Shown: positions 24,601 to 37,459 of the stretch, one piece after another
Numbering within the stretch: position 1 is the first letter of the stretch
Layout: each line of letters begins with the position of its first letter
Assembly (NCBI GenBank): GCA_036172245.1
Contig: JAYWIR010000059.1
Location: 62,001-126,000, forward strand
Direction: 5' to 3'
Length of the DNA stretch: 64,000 bases
DNA from: Raillietiella orientalis
Taxonomy: Eukaryota
The notes under the pieces: model-generated
Database searches by the model: none
The model's input: the letters and a program-made list of their open reading frames with translations, nothing else
Told to the model about the DNA's origin: nothing
Program-made: the position numbers and the translations under genes

Positions 24601-27600
24601 ACAAAAAAAAAGAATGTTTGGAATCATGCTCAGGAACGCTTTCCAACAAGCACCAGTATCAGTAGTGGGGACGCATCAAGCATTCACAAAACTATGTGGT
24701 CCAGATGATTCAGTTTTAATTCCAGAAATTTCTCAACAGAATAAAAGAAATCCTGTGATTGTATGAAGATCATGTGAGGCTAATAGAGGAATCACATGGA
24801 CCACGATATTCTATAAGACAAAGCACATATTTCCAATGAATGAAGTCATAGAGACGTCTCAAGGAGGAAATTTGTTTTGAGCGCCCTTTTATCCCCACGA
24901 CGAAATAGTTCGTTGGATGGGATGGTGAGGGAGTCATTTTTGTTTCACTCATGTTATCCAAGTCCATCACTATGGAGCAACAGATCGATTCACTGCCGCC
25001 ACACTATCATCGCAAACGCATAAATTACATCCAAAGGGAGTTTTAAAATTTGCTTTTCAAGCCAACTTTGCTGAGATAACATTACATCATTATTTATCAG
25101 AAAAGAGCTGCTCTAATGATCGTCTAAGTAATCTAAACTTCGGCCGCGAAAACCCTTGGAGGTTCTTATTTTGAGACTTCCTTTCTGTTCGTTGGCCGAA
25201 GGGGAAAGGACACATGTCAACTGCGTCCTAATTCTCCTGTAAAGTTATTTGCCCCTGGTTTTGTATGGAAGAGGCCCCATGGGAGTTCGTGATCCATTAT
25301 CTCATCAATCCCTGTAAAAGAAACTGCCCTTTCTCAGCCTCATTCTCGAACTCTTTGGAATGATACTTGTTGCAACTTTTTTGCTCCTGATTTATCCACA
25401 GTTGCCGTATTCAGTGATATTTAGTGAAGCGAAACTTCCGGAGCACTGGGAAAGTGCGTACATGACTTTGAGTGCAGGATATCTTCTTTCTTTCTCTCTC
25501 TTTTTTTTTATCCGGTGAAGTTCTTGAGCAAAGTTCCTCTCTCCTTTTCACATGCATTCCGGCCGCCTGCCGTTCACCGTGAATGCTCAGAAAATGGAAG
25601 AAGCAGAATCATTCGCTAGTGACCGAGCAAAGGCATGCGTGCGACCTCGAAAAGCTAAGACCATGCAGCAGCAGACTGTGTAGCCCAATCTCTCTTCATT
25701 TGCACATTCCCCACACCTACAAAGCCTCTCAGCACATGGAGAATCCAGAGAAAACTAGCGGGAAAGATGGACCCTTGGAAGGTCAGTTGTGTTTGGGAAT
25801 AATTCTTCCCCCTGTAGGTCACAATCGCAGGCAAACGAAATCGCCCTAGGGACTCAGAACGGCACCCTGGACACCTTGTTGCACAAAGCGCAGGTAAACG
25901 CTCAATCTTCAAATGACTCGCTCTTTCAGTGAAGCTCCAAAAAGTGTTTAAGAAAGGACTAGAGAAGCTGACCCATATACATGTACAATAAGGATGCTTT
26001 GCCAACTCCGTTCGCTTCATTCGTCGCATGCTAACAAGCTGCTAATCCAACAAAAAAGTCTGCTCACACCAATAACGTGCGTATAGAGCGTCGGTTGAAT
26101 AGCATCGGTGAATTTTTCAATGGCATCCCCGAATCATCAAACAGAAATTCAACAAGAGAGGAACCTTTTTTTCATGGGAGTCAGGTCTCTGTCCAGTAGG
26201 CATTTCACAGATTGCTCACACCAGCTGTGAGAGAATCACCCAATCGCTTCCAGGATGGGAAAGAATCAGTCAACCAAGAGGGGGAAAAAAAACAAAAAGT
26301 TTCGTTTCGTTCTTCATTGAAGAATCAGAAGAAAAGACTCCATTAGGACAATGACCTAGATGAACAGGGACTTAGAAAAGAGCCAAATGTGTTGAACAGG
26401 TTGATCTAAGCCCGACACTCGCTAAAGATGTCCCAGTGTGCCTGAAAATCCCAATGCCGAACATGCTGCTAACAAGTTCTAGTTACTTTGCCGCCACTAC
26501 GCTACATAGTAGATATGAAGACCTCGGAAAATCTACTAGAATTCGAACTACACTGAATACGACCTCGTGCACCAGTGACTTTATAACTCGAATGGATCTA
26601 TTACGACACAGCTCTATTCCACTAAATATACACTCCGGGTAGTAAATGCTGCTTAGCTTCCATCTCTTTTCTTGTGGTAGCTATTTTCCTAGGTTCAGTT
26701 TACTTTTGGTAATCGAAGATCATTATATAGGCTCACGACTTCAGACTTTGCATGTTGTGTTTGTTTTTACGCACAAATGCGTGTTGATTCATATGCCGAG
26801 CTGAGTCTCGGCACAAAGGAATTTCCCCAGAACTGAGTTTGCCAAAAAATCTCAAATTCCCGAGGCCAAGAGCTGGGCAAATAACAGTGGAATACTATTC
26901 ATTACATCGGATCAATCTGATTATGTGGGATCGGATCAATTGCAGGACATCCTTGCGAAATAAAGAGCCTCCTCGCCAAGCCGCCGTGGCCTCCCCCAAA
27001 TTCTGCTTTCAGTCGTAATTCCTGTTTGAACGGGCATTTGGATTTTCCGAATGAGCCCCCCAAAAAATCTCGAGAAGAACTGGGAATTTTAGGGGAAGAA
27101 ACCCTGGGAAGAAGCAGCGGCTACTTGGCTCGTTAGTCGGCTGATTCGAGGTGTGCCAACCACGTGCAGAGCAGCTCAAGTGAACGAAAAGATGGCAGAA
27201 CCCAATGGAGTGTTTTTTTTTTTTAACTCAGGAAATCGATCGGAAGTGCCCGGAATGTGTATGACTTTGAGGAGTTTCGCATTACCTGAAAAAACTTTTT
27301 TTGACAAAGTTACATCTTGAGCCTACCTAAAAATAAGGTTTGAAAGACTTGATTTCTAAAACCGAAAGGATCGGAATCCTTTACTGAAAGATGCTTTCTG
27401 TTATGGATAAACTTCCTGTTAGGTCAATGGGGGGGGGGGTGCTGTTTGCCCCAAACGCTCAATACGGACTTCTGTTTTGAAGCTCTGTCGACGTAAAATG
27501 TCGTCACGGTGTGATCTCGAAATTAAAGGGACGGAAACAGTTAGACTTTGCAGAAAAAAATGACAAACAGAAAGCAAATGAACAAACACTGGATGCCATG

Positions 27601-30597
27601 CTATCTCCGACTGTTGTGTCATCACTGCATCCGATATGCTTTTCAAGTGTTTTGCTAGGTGGATACGCCATTTTGCTGGATCTCATCATAAGAAATCAAA
27701 TCAGTATTTTTGGAATGATTGTCTCAAAAATATGGAAAAGAATGAGAAATCCAGAAGAGCTTGAATTCTGAAGAAAAACAGATAAATGAAGAAATAATCG
27801 TCATAATGAGTTCCCTTGCTTTATTGAGTGCGACTCCATTAGGAAGTATGGTTTTCATCTGAACCGGGTTTGCCACAAAGATCGAATTTGGTATTTCAGA
27901 TTTTTATTTTTAGTAGACACATGCTATCCAGTCTCTTTTCTCCATTTCAAATGAATGATCATAGCTTTCTGAATTAGCTTTGAAAATCTTTACGTTGATA
28001 CCAGGATGCAACGGCTTTATTTTTCTTAAGATCATCTACGTTAAATCAAATCTGTCTTTGCAAGTTGGAGATATCTACTAGATCATCATCCACAATTCCG
28101 AGTGTTCCAATACAAGTAGCTGCTAAATAAATCAGCAGTGGGCTTCCAATCCCTCTTGCCCCCACACTGCACTGTAGCATTTTTGAACTTTATTTACTTA
28201 TTTTGACTTGATACCTAACTGATTTTAACGACAGACGACGTTTATATCTTTGCAGTTCTCTTTTTCTGCTCCGTCATCCACCCGGAGATGAGGATGTTCT
28301 CACATATGAGTATACAGTGAAAGAGTATGCAAAACCTCAAGCTTAATGATGGAGAACCTTGTAGAGAAAAAAATTGTTTACTGGATTCTTTATATCTGTT
28401 CCAGACTTGAAGTTCTTTTGTCTGTGCAGTGATTTTTTTGGGGATGATAAAGAGAGCCTTTTTTTTTTTCTGGCAAAATTATTACTTTCAAATATGAATA
28501 TCGAGTATATTGCCATTAAACTCAGATCCCGGAGAAAAAGCTCGTGGTACTGACGTGAAGAATACAAACTTTAGTTTCATTTGAATTCTAGTTTTACTGA
28601 TGCTTTTTCCTTTCATTCAAGGGATAATTAAAAATGAGGTAAATATGTACTCTTTTCGTATGCTTTTATTTACACTGAATAGACAATGGAAGATTACACC
28701 AGTGCTTAGGATATGAAAATCAAATAAACATAGAGCAGAAAGTAATGGAAAGACCATGATCTGAAACCGATCAATGCACTTAAAAACGAACACACAACAA
28801 AACAGAATTAAATGACCATCACAATGTGGCGGCCTTCCAAAATAAAATTCCAAATTGTACTGATGCAATTTTAAACATAACTTGCGCTGAAGTCAAACAG
28901 AATGCATTCTGAAAAGACGGAGCAATGAGCTTTATGCAAAATTCTCCTGAGCCGAAATCTGTGGAAATTACTTCACACAAAATGGACTAGCCAATTCGCC
29001 TACTGTTATTTTCTGTTGAAACGAGTGCGATCAGAGGCCGTAGGTTTTTTCCTAAGCCCTCAGCAGATGTGGCAGTCGTTGAGATAGATTGAGAATTGGA
29101 AGCGGGTCACAGCAAAAATCACTGACTTTGTGACGACATTGACGATTGATCTAATGATATGACATAAGGCTTACCTAAGACCGAAGCAGCAACAGAAGCT
29201 TTTGCATCGTTTTCCGGAATCATTTGCTTAAAGCTTGTACAGCTTGTACAGAATGCTATGCTATACAGAAAACGCAGCGAAAATATCTTTTCATGCTCGC
29301 TTACGAGTTCCGGACACGCATAGCTTGATCAAATAAATTGTGGATCAAACTCTTAAATGTTATTCACACTTTTTATTGTTTGGGGGCAATGAGTTTGAAA
29401 AACAAACTTTATGTATAATCACATCATTAGGCCAATCAAGGAGACTAATGTTCTCTTGGATGAGGATCTTATTTATGATGAAGTGCAAGAAATTGATCAG
29501 ATCTTGTCCTTGTTGGTCTCATTATACCAGTTGATGCGTATAAAAATCCTTCCGATGTCTGCAACAGGAAAAACTCCAGAAATTATGAAAAGATTAGCAC
29601 TTTCTGTGGGTAGCACTTGCGCAGCGACGAATACTTTCATTAATGGGGAGGTTGGAGTTTATTTGACAAGGGTGATGCACGATCACTGAAGCTTTATTGA
29701 GGACTGGATTCCAACTGCTGAAGTGTTCCCAACTTAAAAGTTGCACATGATCTGCCATGAAAAACTTTTGCAATTTCTCATCAATATAGGAAACTCAGTT
29801 ATAACTGCTCTGCTAAAGTGTTGAAACAAGTGAATCTGAATTCGAAAACTTTAGTATTTATTACAATCATGGAAATGTGAGAAAATCCGTAACGCCCGAT
29901 ACAAAATAAAGAATATAATGATAAATAATTAAGCGTTTTGTATTTGGAAGTTACTGGAATTTCTTTTTTGGTCTTATTTAAAACTCCGTTTGCTTCCCCT
30001 TCACTTCTCGTTTTTTGAGATCTTGCTATTTTATTGAAGCTGGCAAACACGAGCTGTTGTTGAGGATTAGGTAACGGATGAAAAGGCAGTATGTGAATGT
30101 TGAATCATAAGTGAGTGTAATGCTTTGGATGAAACTCATGTAGAGAGCTCACATTCAGTATTCTTTAGCATTGCTCTGCTATCACTTCTGCAACCCGTTC
30201 AGTAAACCATATCGGAAAATCGAAATTTTGTATCTTGGATTATCAATCTTGAAATGAAATTGCATTCTTGCATTCATTCTAAAGCATAGGGCTCTGTGTT
30301 TATGAAGAATTGCTTGAATAAGATGAGCTTGAAGTCTGTATTCACAAGGTTTATTTTATGAGATTGGAAACAATTCATTAAAATAAGCACTTTTGCCAAA
30401 GTCTCATTGAAAAGAGTAGTGCAATTAACGGATGCGGAATCTTATTTGAATTCCATGCGATATATAAGCAGGGTTTGCTGTTGGAAAACATTGTAAACTT
30501 GCTGAGTGAATGGCATCTGTATTTTCTGCTTTTAAGGAATCGGTTTGTTTTTGGAGTTGTCAACGCATTACAAGAATAATCGATAATTGAATGAGTT

Positions 30598-33288
30598 ATG
30601 CAGACTGAAGCTAGAAACAAGCAAACAAACATGTCCGTTGAGATACCTGAACGAGATGCTACTCGTGATTTGAAGATCAAGAGTGATGATGAAAGCACCA
30701 CATGTGAAGACCAGTTTAATGTACTCCTAAACGAAGATTGTTTAATATGTATTTTGAAATATTTGCCCCTTCGAGATTTAGCTCGTGTGGAGAGAGGTTT
30801 GTAAACTTCATACAGTTAAATTTGTGGCTGTTTGTGCACTTCCATAGTACCCGAATGAAAGTAGAATGTATTGGCGTGTTCGAACCATACTCTTTATCAC
30901 CGTATGGGTGGGTGTGCATTGTAAAAGTTTAAATTCATGCTGTTAGGAATTTGAATTAGAAGTTGCATTATTGATTGGGAAGTAACTTAATATCCATGTG
31001 TTTGAAGTTCCGTGACAGATTTAGCTATCTGTTCAAGACTTAAAATATGAAACGACTGCAACTTAAAGTATGTCCTTGCATTTTTTGTCTGCCGTTTTTC
31101 CGCCCTAAGAGCAGCATTGGATTAGACTCTCTGTTCATCAGAATCGGAATCACGAAATCTCGTAATGATGAGAAGCAAGTGTTTTATTTTTATTGATTCC
31201 CTGTATGGCGTAGCTGTAATATCAGTGTGCATGGAACTGTTGTATCTGGAGCAACTATAATACAATCGTTCACCAAACAATGGAAAAACTTTAGTGATAT
31301 CAGTTGCTAATGGCATATGCAGTTTTTGTATCATAGCCCAGAATGTTTTCTTATATTTTTAGTTTGCAAAAGATGGCGTCAAGCTTGTTTGCAAATTTGG
31401 AGAATCCAAGAGAAATTGGATTTGAACAGCTTAATTCAGTCTACTCCTGTCCAATACTTAGTGTTTTCAAGCCTTGCTCGTAAAATGCCAAATGTTAAGA
31501 GTCTCAGTATTTGTCCAATCAGATCATCTAAACATAAACATTGGGGAAACATAATTAGTAAGTACTGCAGTTGTTATTTGTGTTGTCATCTCATTAACTT
31601 AGAACGACACATGAAGTGCTTGGAAGAACTTAGCTTGAACAAGATAAAAATTGGAGAAGCTTTATTTAAGCATTTGCCTTCTTCTATTAGAAGGATGCAT
31701 TTTAACAAGTGCAATGAACTGACTGTTAGTCTTAATGAAATATTTCCTGCACATATGTTTCCTCACTTGGAGGAACTCTACTTGGAAAATATGGATGACC
31801 TGGATTTGTTGGACTTCGTAGTTGGTGTGAAACACTTGAAAAAGCTTAAGTTTTCAGGAAATTGCATGTCTCTAAGACCTGATAGAATGAAAACAATTGC
31901 TGAGTGTACCCAGCTAGAGTGGTTGAATCTGCATATGAATCACAATGTCAACAATGATTTGGTAGCTTGCTGGGCAGACTCATTAAAGCTGCTAACATAT
32001 CTTGATTTGTCAGGTTTGTGTTTCACTTCCTTTGCTGAGCTCCTTTGAAATTTTCTGTTAGGTTGTTTATGTCAAGGTATTTCAAATCAGGGACTTGCCA
32101 GTGTTGCAAAGTTAACTAAGTTACGTTTTTTGAATCTAAGTTATCAGAACCATATTAGCCGTTATGGTTTGATTCATCTGATGAATCTTCCATGCTTAGA
32201 AGAACTTTTGCTGCAATCATGCATTTCAATGGATGATGATGGTAATTGTTAATTAGTGGAAATTTTAATAAGGACATCATTAGCCTGCATGGAGCTGCTC
32301 ACTGGCCTTCCAGCTCTTCAGAAGCTAGATGTCAGTGGTTGTATCCATGTCACAAAGCATCTTGTGACTCTTGCTGAACAGTTGCAAGTGCACTCAAAGC
32401 TGCGCTTCCTGGACATTAGTCCTAATGAGCTATCCAGTCAGAGCTATTCTATCACTTACCTCTGTCGTAATCCTCAGTGTCCTCTATACATGGAAAGAAG
32501 ATTGTATCATCCTGAAGAAGAGGTTGAGGAGGATGATTCTTTTTATGATGAGGATGATTATGATGATCTCGATGATTATGATTATGATTGTAAGTGTGGA
32601 AGTACAGAAGTAGCAATGGGACTCATATCTGGGTAGTCTATGACTTCGATAATTGGGACGACTTCCAGTATGATGTTGTGGGTAAACTAATGAAGCTTAT
32701 TATTTCCTCATTATGAATTTTTCCATTAGACTTAGGTTATGCCTGTGAATTTCCAGGTAAGTGCAATCTAGGATCAAGGTAATTCAGAATAATGCAGCTT
32801 ATTCATGTGCAGAGGGACTTCATGGAGAATATGAGCCAGGTTTGTTTGCTATTCTGTCTTCTATGATGTATTCACTCATAGAATTTCCAGAAAATCCTGA
32901 TGGGTTTGAGGAGTTCAACTCGGACACAAGTAAGTTTATGAAAAATATGTATGCAAATCTTGTTTCCATTAGATGAGGACAGGGAGAGTCCTGCTTCTGA
33001 AAGTTGTGATTCAGGTTTGTAGCACTTTTTACTTTTTCTTTTAGAATAACATGCAATTTAGATAGAGAAGTAGAGCAGTATGGTAATGGCAAGTATCATA
33101 ACTTTTGGAACTGTTATCTATATATACTTGCAGAACATGCATTAAATGCAGAAGCGAAAATGACATATGAGCCAGGTAGTACAGTTGTACAGTTCTTTCA
33201 GGAATGTTATATTGCTTTCATCTCATGGATAGGTAACTCATGTGATGAATCCAGGAATCAAGATTTACCCCTGAAGGATGAAAACTAA
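30598..33288 (+). CDS. F-box/leucine-rich-repeat protein with an acidic micro-exon tail. Exons: 30598(or 30631)-30796, 31363-31557, 31603-32013, 32062-32241, 32284-32589, 32637-32681, 32730-32756, 32813-32839, 32882-32929, 32973-33014, 33062-33088(or 33082), 33134-33175, 33233-33288
   Basis: F-box LNEDCLICILKYLPLRDLARVER|VCKRW is joined across a GT-AG intron. Multiple LRRs (LEELYL, LTYLDLSG, LRFLNLSY, LQKLDVSGC). All predicted junctions keep frame to TAA at 33286-33288. The tail exons are less certain than the core. Confidence 0.82.
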
Positions 33289-35942
33289 GGTTTATGAGGT
33301 ATTCAGCCATCCTCTAGCCTAAATATCCGTACATCACCCATTTTAGCCTTGGAAATCGTCGATAAGAAGGTGCCAAATTGTTCATCAAAGTGATCGATAA
33401 CTTAAATGAAGCATGCTGAAATAAAGTGCATTATTTTGCAAGTCAGCCATAGAATGCTACTGAGTTTATCAGAATTTGCTATTTTTATTTACTGTGTAAT
33501 TGGCATATCAATAATGTTTCCTGTGTATACCTGATAGATGTGCAAATTGTACCACATTCACATCACAGAAAGTGTTAAAACAGGCACACTGTGATGTGTG
33601 ATGATGCATCAGTATCTTCATATCAAAAATATTCATATATAAGTGTTAACATTCACCGTAAATGAGTTCCGTGATGAAGAAAATAAAACTCAGCAGCAAC
33701 TATGTGTGGTTCGAACTTACAGATTTACTCACACCAGTTTACATCACTGCTGCACCTGCATCAATGTAATTTTCGTGTGTGCAGATTAATTATGTTCCGG
33801 ACTCCGTGAATTGGAATTAAAATTTTTAATACACTGACTATCATAAGATAAGCGTTAAACGTTTGGTAAGATAATGGATGGAAATTACGAGATGAGCTAT
33901 AGTTATAGAAGCTAGTATTATTGCAGCACAGAGTCAGCTGTTTCAAAATCACACCAGAAGTACGATCAGATTTGTTCTAAGTGGCAAGTTTCGGCATTTG
34001 CTGTGTATCTTATCAAACAAGTCATATTAGTACAATGAAAGCAGTGAAGGTTAAGCTTGCAATGCATTTTGTTTATAGGTGCAAGATGAAAGCAACTTAA
34101 TAATAAAGCAGAATAACGATCACTTTTTATTAACAAGTACCATTTCTTAATGGTCTTCCTCTTCCTCTATGGAACAAGGGTCTAAGTTATGTTTGCAAGA
34201 AGTCCTTTGACATACTATTGGCCACTGTCCTCATCTCAGCCTTATCATCCATACGATTGTGAATGGTGTTCTTAGTGCAAAATGAATCAATCTGATCAAA
34301 CCAATGAAGTATATGACCAACTTGTTTGTGGATTACCTACACAGTATAGGATAATTAACTAGTGAAAATTCTGTCTCCTATGAACCAGAGAGCAGACTTG
34401 CATCATGGACCATGAAAGAAAACACCATGCACTTGAACATCACGATTTCCCTCTCTGGTCAAACTCCCTTCATGCACCTTATAAGTGACATTAAAATTTC
34501 ACCAGCACCTTGCATAGTCAGATGGCAAGGGTGAGATTAGCAGTACTCCACCCAGATTGGTTTTCTGGCATGTTTTGTTCATCATTTCAACTGTGCCTCT
34601 GTTGACAGTGTAGGCTCCATTATTTTTGTTTTGATGTTTACAAATACTTCCTAGTTTCATTCTCAGATGTCATTGATATCAGTTGCAAAATACATTTGAA
34701 GATCAGATGTCCTTTTTAACACTAATTGAACATGTGACATCTGAGACAATGTCTTGAAACCACATGATCGAAGAAAGAAATGTTTAAAACTAATGGACAT
34801 CTAAGCTCATATGGATTTTTTTTCAAAAAAGAATATGACATAAACCTCATTAGGTGTCCACAGTAGTTAATGTATCTTGAAAACACTTTTGAAAAATAAT
34901 TTTTGTTTTCGAATATCATTCAGAAAGCATTTCCAAAACATTTTATTCTTTTTAAATAGCACTTTCACAAGTCTAAAAATTTAACAGCCTACTCTTGGGC
35001 ACATACTTTAAAATTTTTTAGTACAATATAATTACCAAAATGTTTTATTATCAGTGCTTTTGTAGGTTTTACAATCACGAATGTTTCTTCCCTTTTCACA
35101 ATCATTTCTTTTCTGTTAGTTTCTCTTTTAAAATAGGCAACTATAATGCTGTTCTTGGTAAGAAGGATTGTAATTTCACTTTGGTGCTGTTGTCCTTTCA
35201 TAAAAATACTGACAAACTATACCAGCTGTTCCTAATGCAATCCAAGTGCATATGAGTACAATGTGCAGAAATAGCATTTAATATAATTATGTTGCTGAAC
35301 ATGAATACAATATAGTATTCAGCCAATAGTGAGTAGTCCACCTTCTCAAAGTGATGAAACTAAAAATTAACTGAAGCAGCAAAAATGTAACCATGATGCT
35401 TGTCAGCAGCTTTTCAGTGGGCAATAACAAAAGATGCTCATTAAACAAAAGAAAACCTTGCAGTGGAAGTTGCAGAACCAAAGTCAGGAGCCAAAAAGCT
35501 GCCAATTCAGCAACCTGCAAGACAGACAGATAACACTAACAATATTGTCCTCTTACTAACCTTTTCTTTTAGATTTCCCAAATAACCCAAGTATAGACGA
35601 GCCACCTCCAACACAGCTGTTGTCAGTAGCATAACTTGGGCAATAACTTGGTAAGTAGCACTCAAATGATGCAACTAATCTTTCATTACTTTTCTTATTT
35701 TCACAAAACAATAGCCCACCTTAACAATGAGGAATGTGATACTTATCAACAGCCATGCAGGATACAAGTACATATTGAAATAGAGGCTCATCTGGAGTAG
35801 CAAGCTTGGACAAGTAATTATAAGGTAAGTCATGGCTACAAGAAAAGCAAGATAGCAGAATTGAGCAATACCTTACTAACCATGAGAAGACTGTGTCAGA
35901 CTCATTTTTTGAATTGTCTCCAGACATTTAGGAGAACTGTTT

Positions 35943-37459
35943 TCACTTCCAACTCTGCAATATATCTCTTTTAGGTGCTTTATCTATTATAGATTGCTTT
36001 CCCCATTGCCCCGCTGACCATTCCCAAAGCAGTTTAACGGCATCAATCTGAACAACAGCAATAATAACTGGTACACTGGAATTAGTCTACCTTTTTCTCC
36101 TGAACATCCTGAATTCGAAAGTTAAATAAGAAAGCCTGCTTTTGCATATCGAGTATGCTATGCAGTCTCTCATTGGGGTTTGGGCATAATAACTTGCAGA
36201 GAAGATTCCTAGCATCTTTGCTTCCCAATGATAAGTCTTCTGGATTAAAGTTTGATTCGGGAAGCTAACAAATAATAAATTATAAAAAGATGACTAATAT
36301 ATGTGTAATCAAAACATTTACTTCTCCAGTTAACAAAGCATACATGATTACTCCAAGTGACCACCAGTCAGCACAATGATTGTAATTTTGCCCACTCAGA
36401 ACTTCAGGAGCTTCAAAGCAGTTACATTTACAATAGTTACCTATTTACCACAATAAGGCAATGTGCCACACATTGTTGTTGTCCTGCTTCCTAAACTTAA
36501 CCACTTTGACAATCCAAAATCAACTAGTTGCAAGTGTCCATCAGCATCCAAGAGAATATTTTCCAGTTTCAAATCACGATATATAATTCCCGCATAATGC
36601 AAAAAATCTACACCACTAATAAATCCAAATAGCATAGGAAAGTTACCAAGGGTCAATGCAATTTCTACGATGTATAGGCGAACCAAATCTTCAGGTAGAG
36701 ACCCATACTGCATCCACAAAGCTTTCAATTCTCCACCACTCACAAATTCAGTAACTTTTATCCTAATGTGCATTTTTTTAATCAATTCATTTTACCTACC
36801 TATATATATATTACGTTTATCTTGTAAAGCAGCACCCCAATTTACAATAAAAGGATGGTGTCCACATTGTTTGTGAATTGTTACTTGTTCCTTACACTGT
36901 TTAAGCAGTTTCTCTCTGAAAACCTTAATTTCATCACAGTTTGTAAGTGTATCGTCATAAAATCATGGCATACCTTAGTTTTGGCTAAAATTTTTATAGC
37001 AACAATCTGATTTGTATTTCTATTTTGAGCTCTAAAGACTGTAGATAAATCATTCTCGGCTATCAAGTCTGCTACCTACCAACAAGGGAAAAACTACGAA
37101 ACCCATTTTTTTTAATTGATTGCAAAAATCATATAAAATTGATTTGAACATTAATATCACATTATACACATCGTACTATAATTCCATACTGTAAGTGAAT
37201 TCCAAATTAAATTACAGCACATTTACGGTTAGATGCATCGGAACTCTTACTTCAAATCAAATCAACTGGCCAACTGGAAAGCAACTTGGAAAAGACAACG
37301 TAGAAAAACTAATACTGTTTCCGTAAATAATTCATTTTATTCACAAACCTCATACAATGATTCCAACTTTGATATAACATGAAATTCCGGTGCATAAATG
37401 GAAAATGAAGTTGGAATAGGCCAAACAGTTTTTGAGGACAGAAACCTTTGTTTCTTCAT
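35943..37459 (-). CDS. RSKR: Ribosomal protein S6 kinase-related (RSKR/SgK494-like) AGC kinase, spliced; start codon uncertain
   Basis: RSKR-type pre-kinase motif SKTVWPIP....YAPEF. Kinase motifs [55 protein letters not shown] and DWWSLG. GT-AG introns, including 38- and 39-nt ones. Stop TGA at 35943-35945. Confidence 0.82.

Noticed and set aside
34150..34650. Possible piggyBac transposase relic on minus (CMKGV.DQ-like and VFFH fragments)
   Set aside because: Needs several frameshifts and no TTAA-bounded TIRs were found. Too weak without a profile search.
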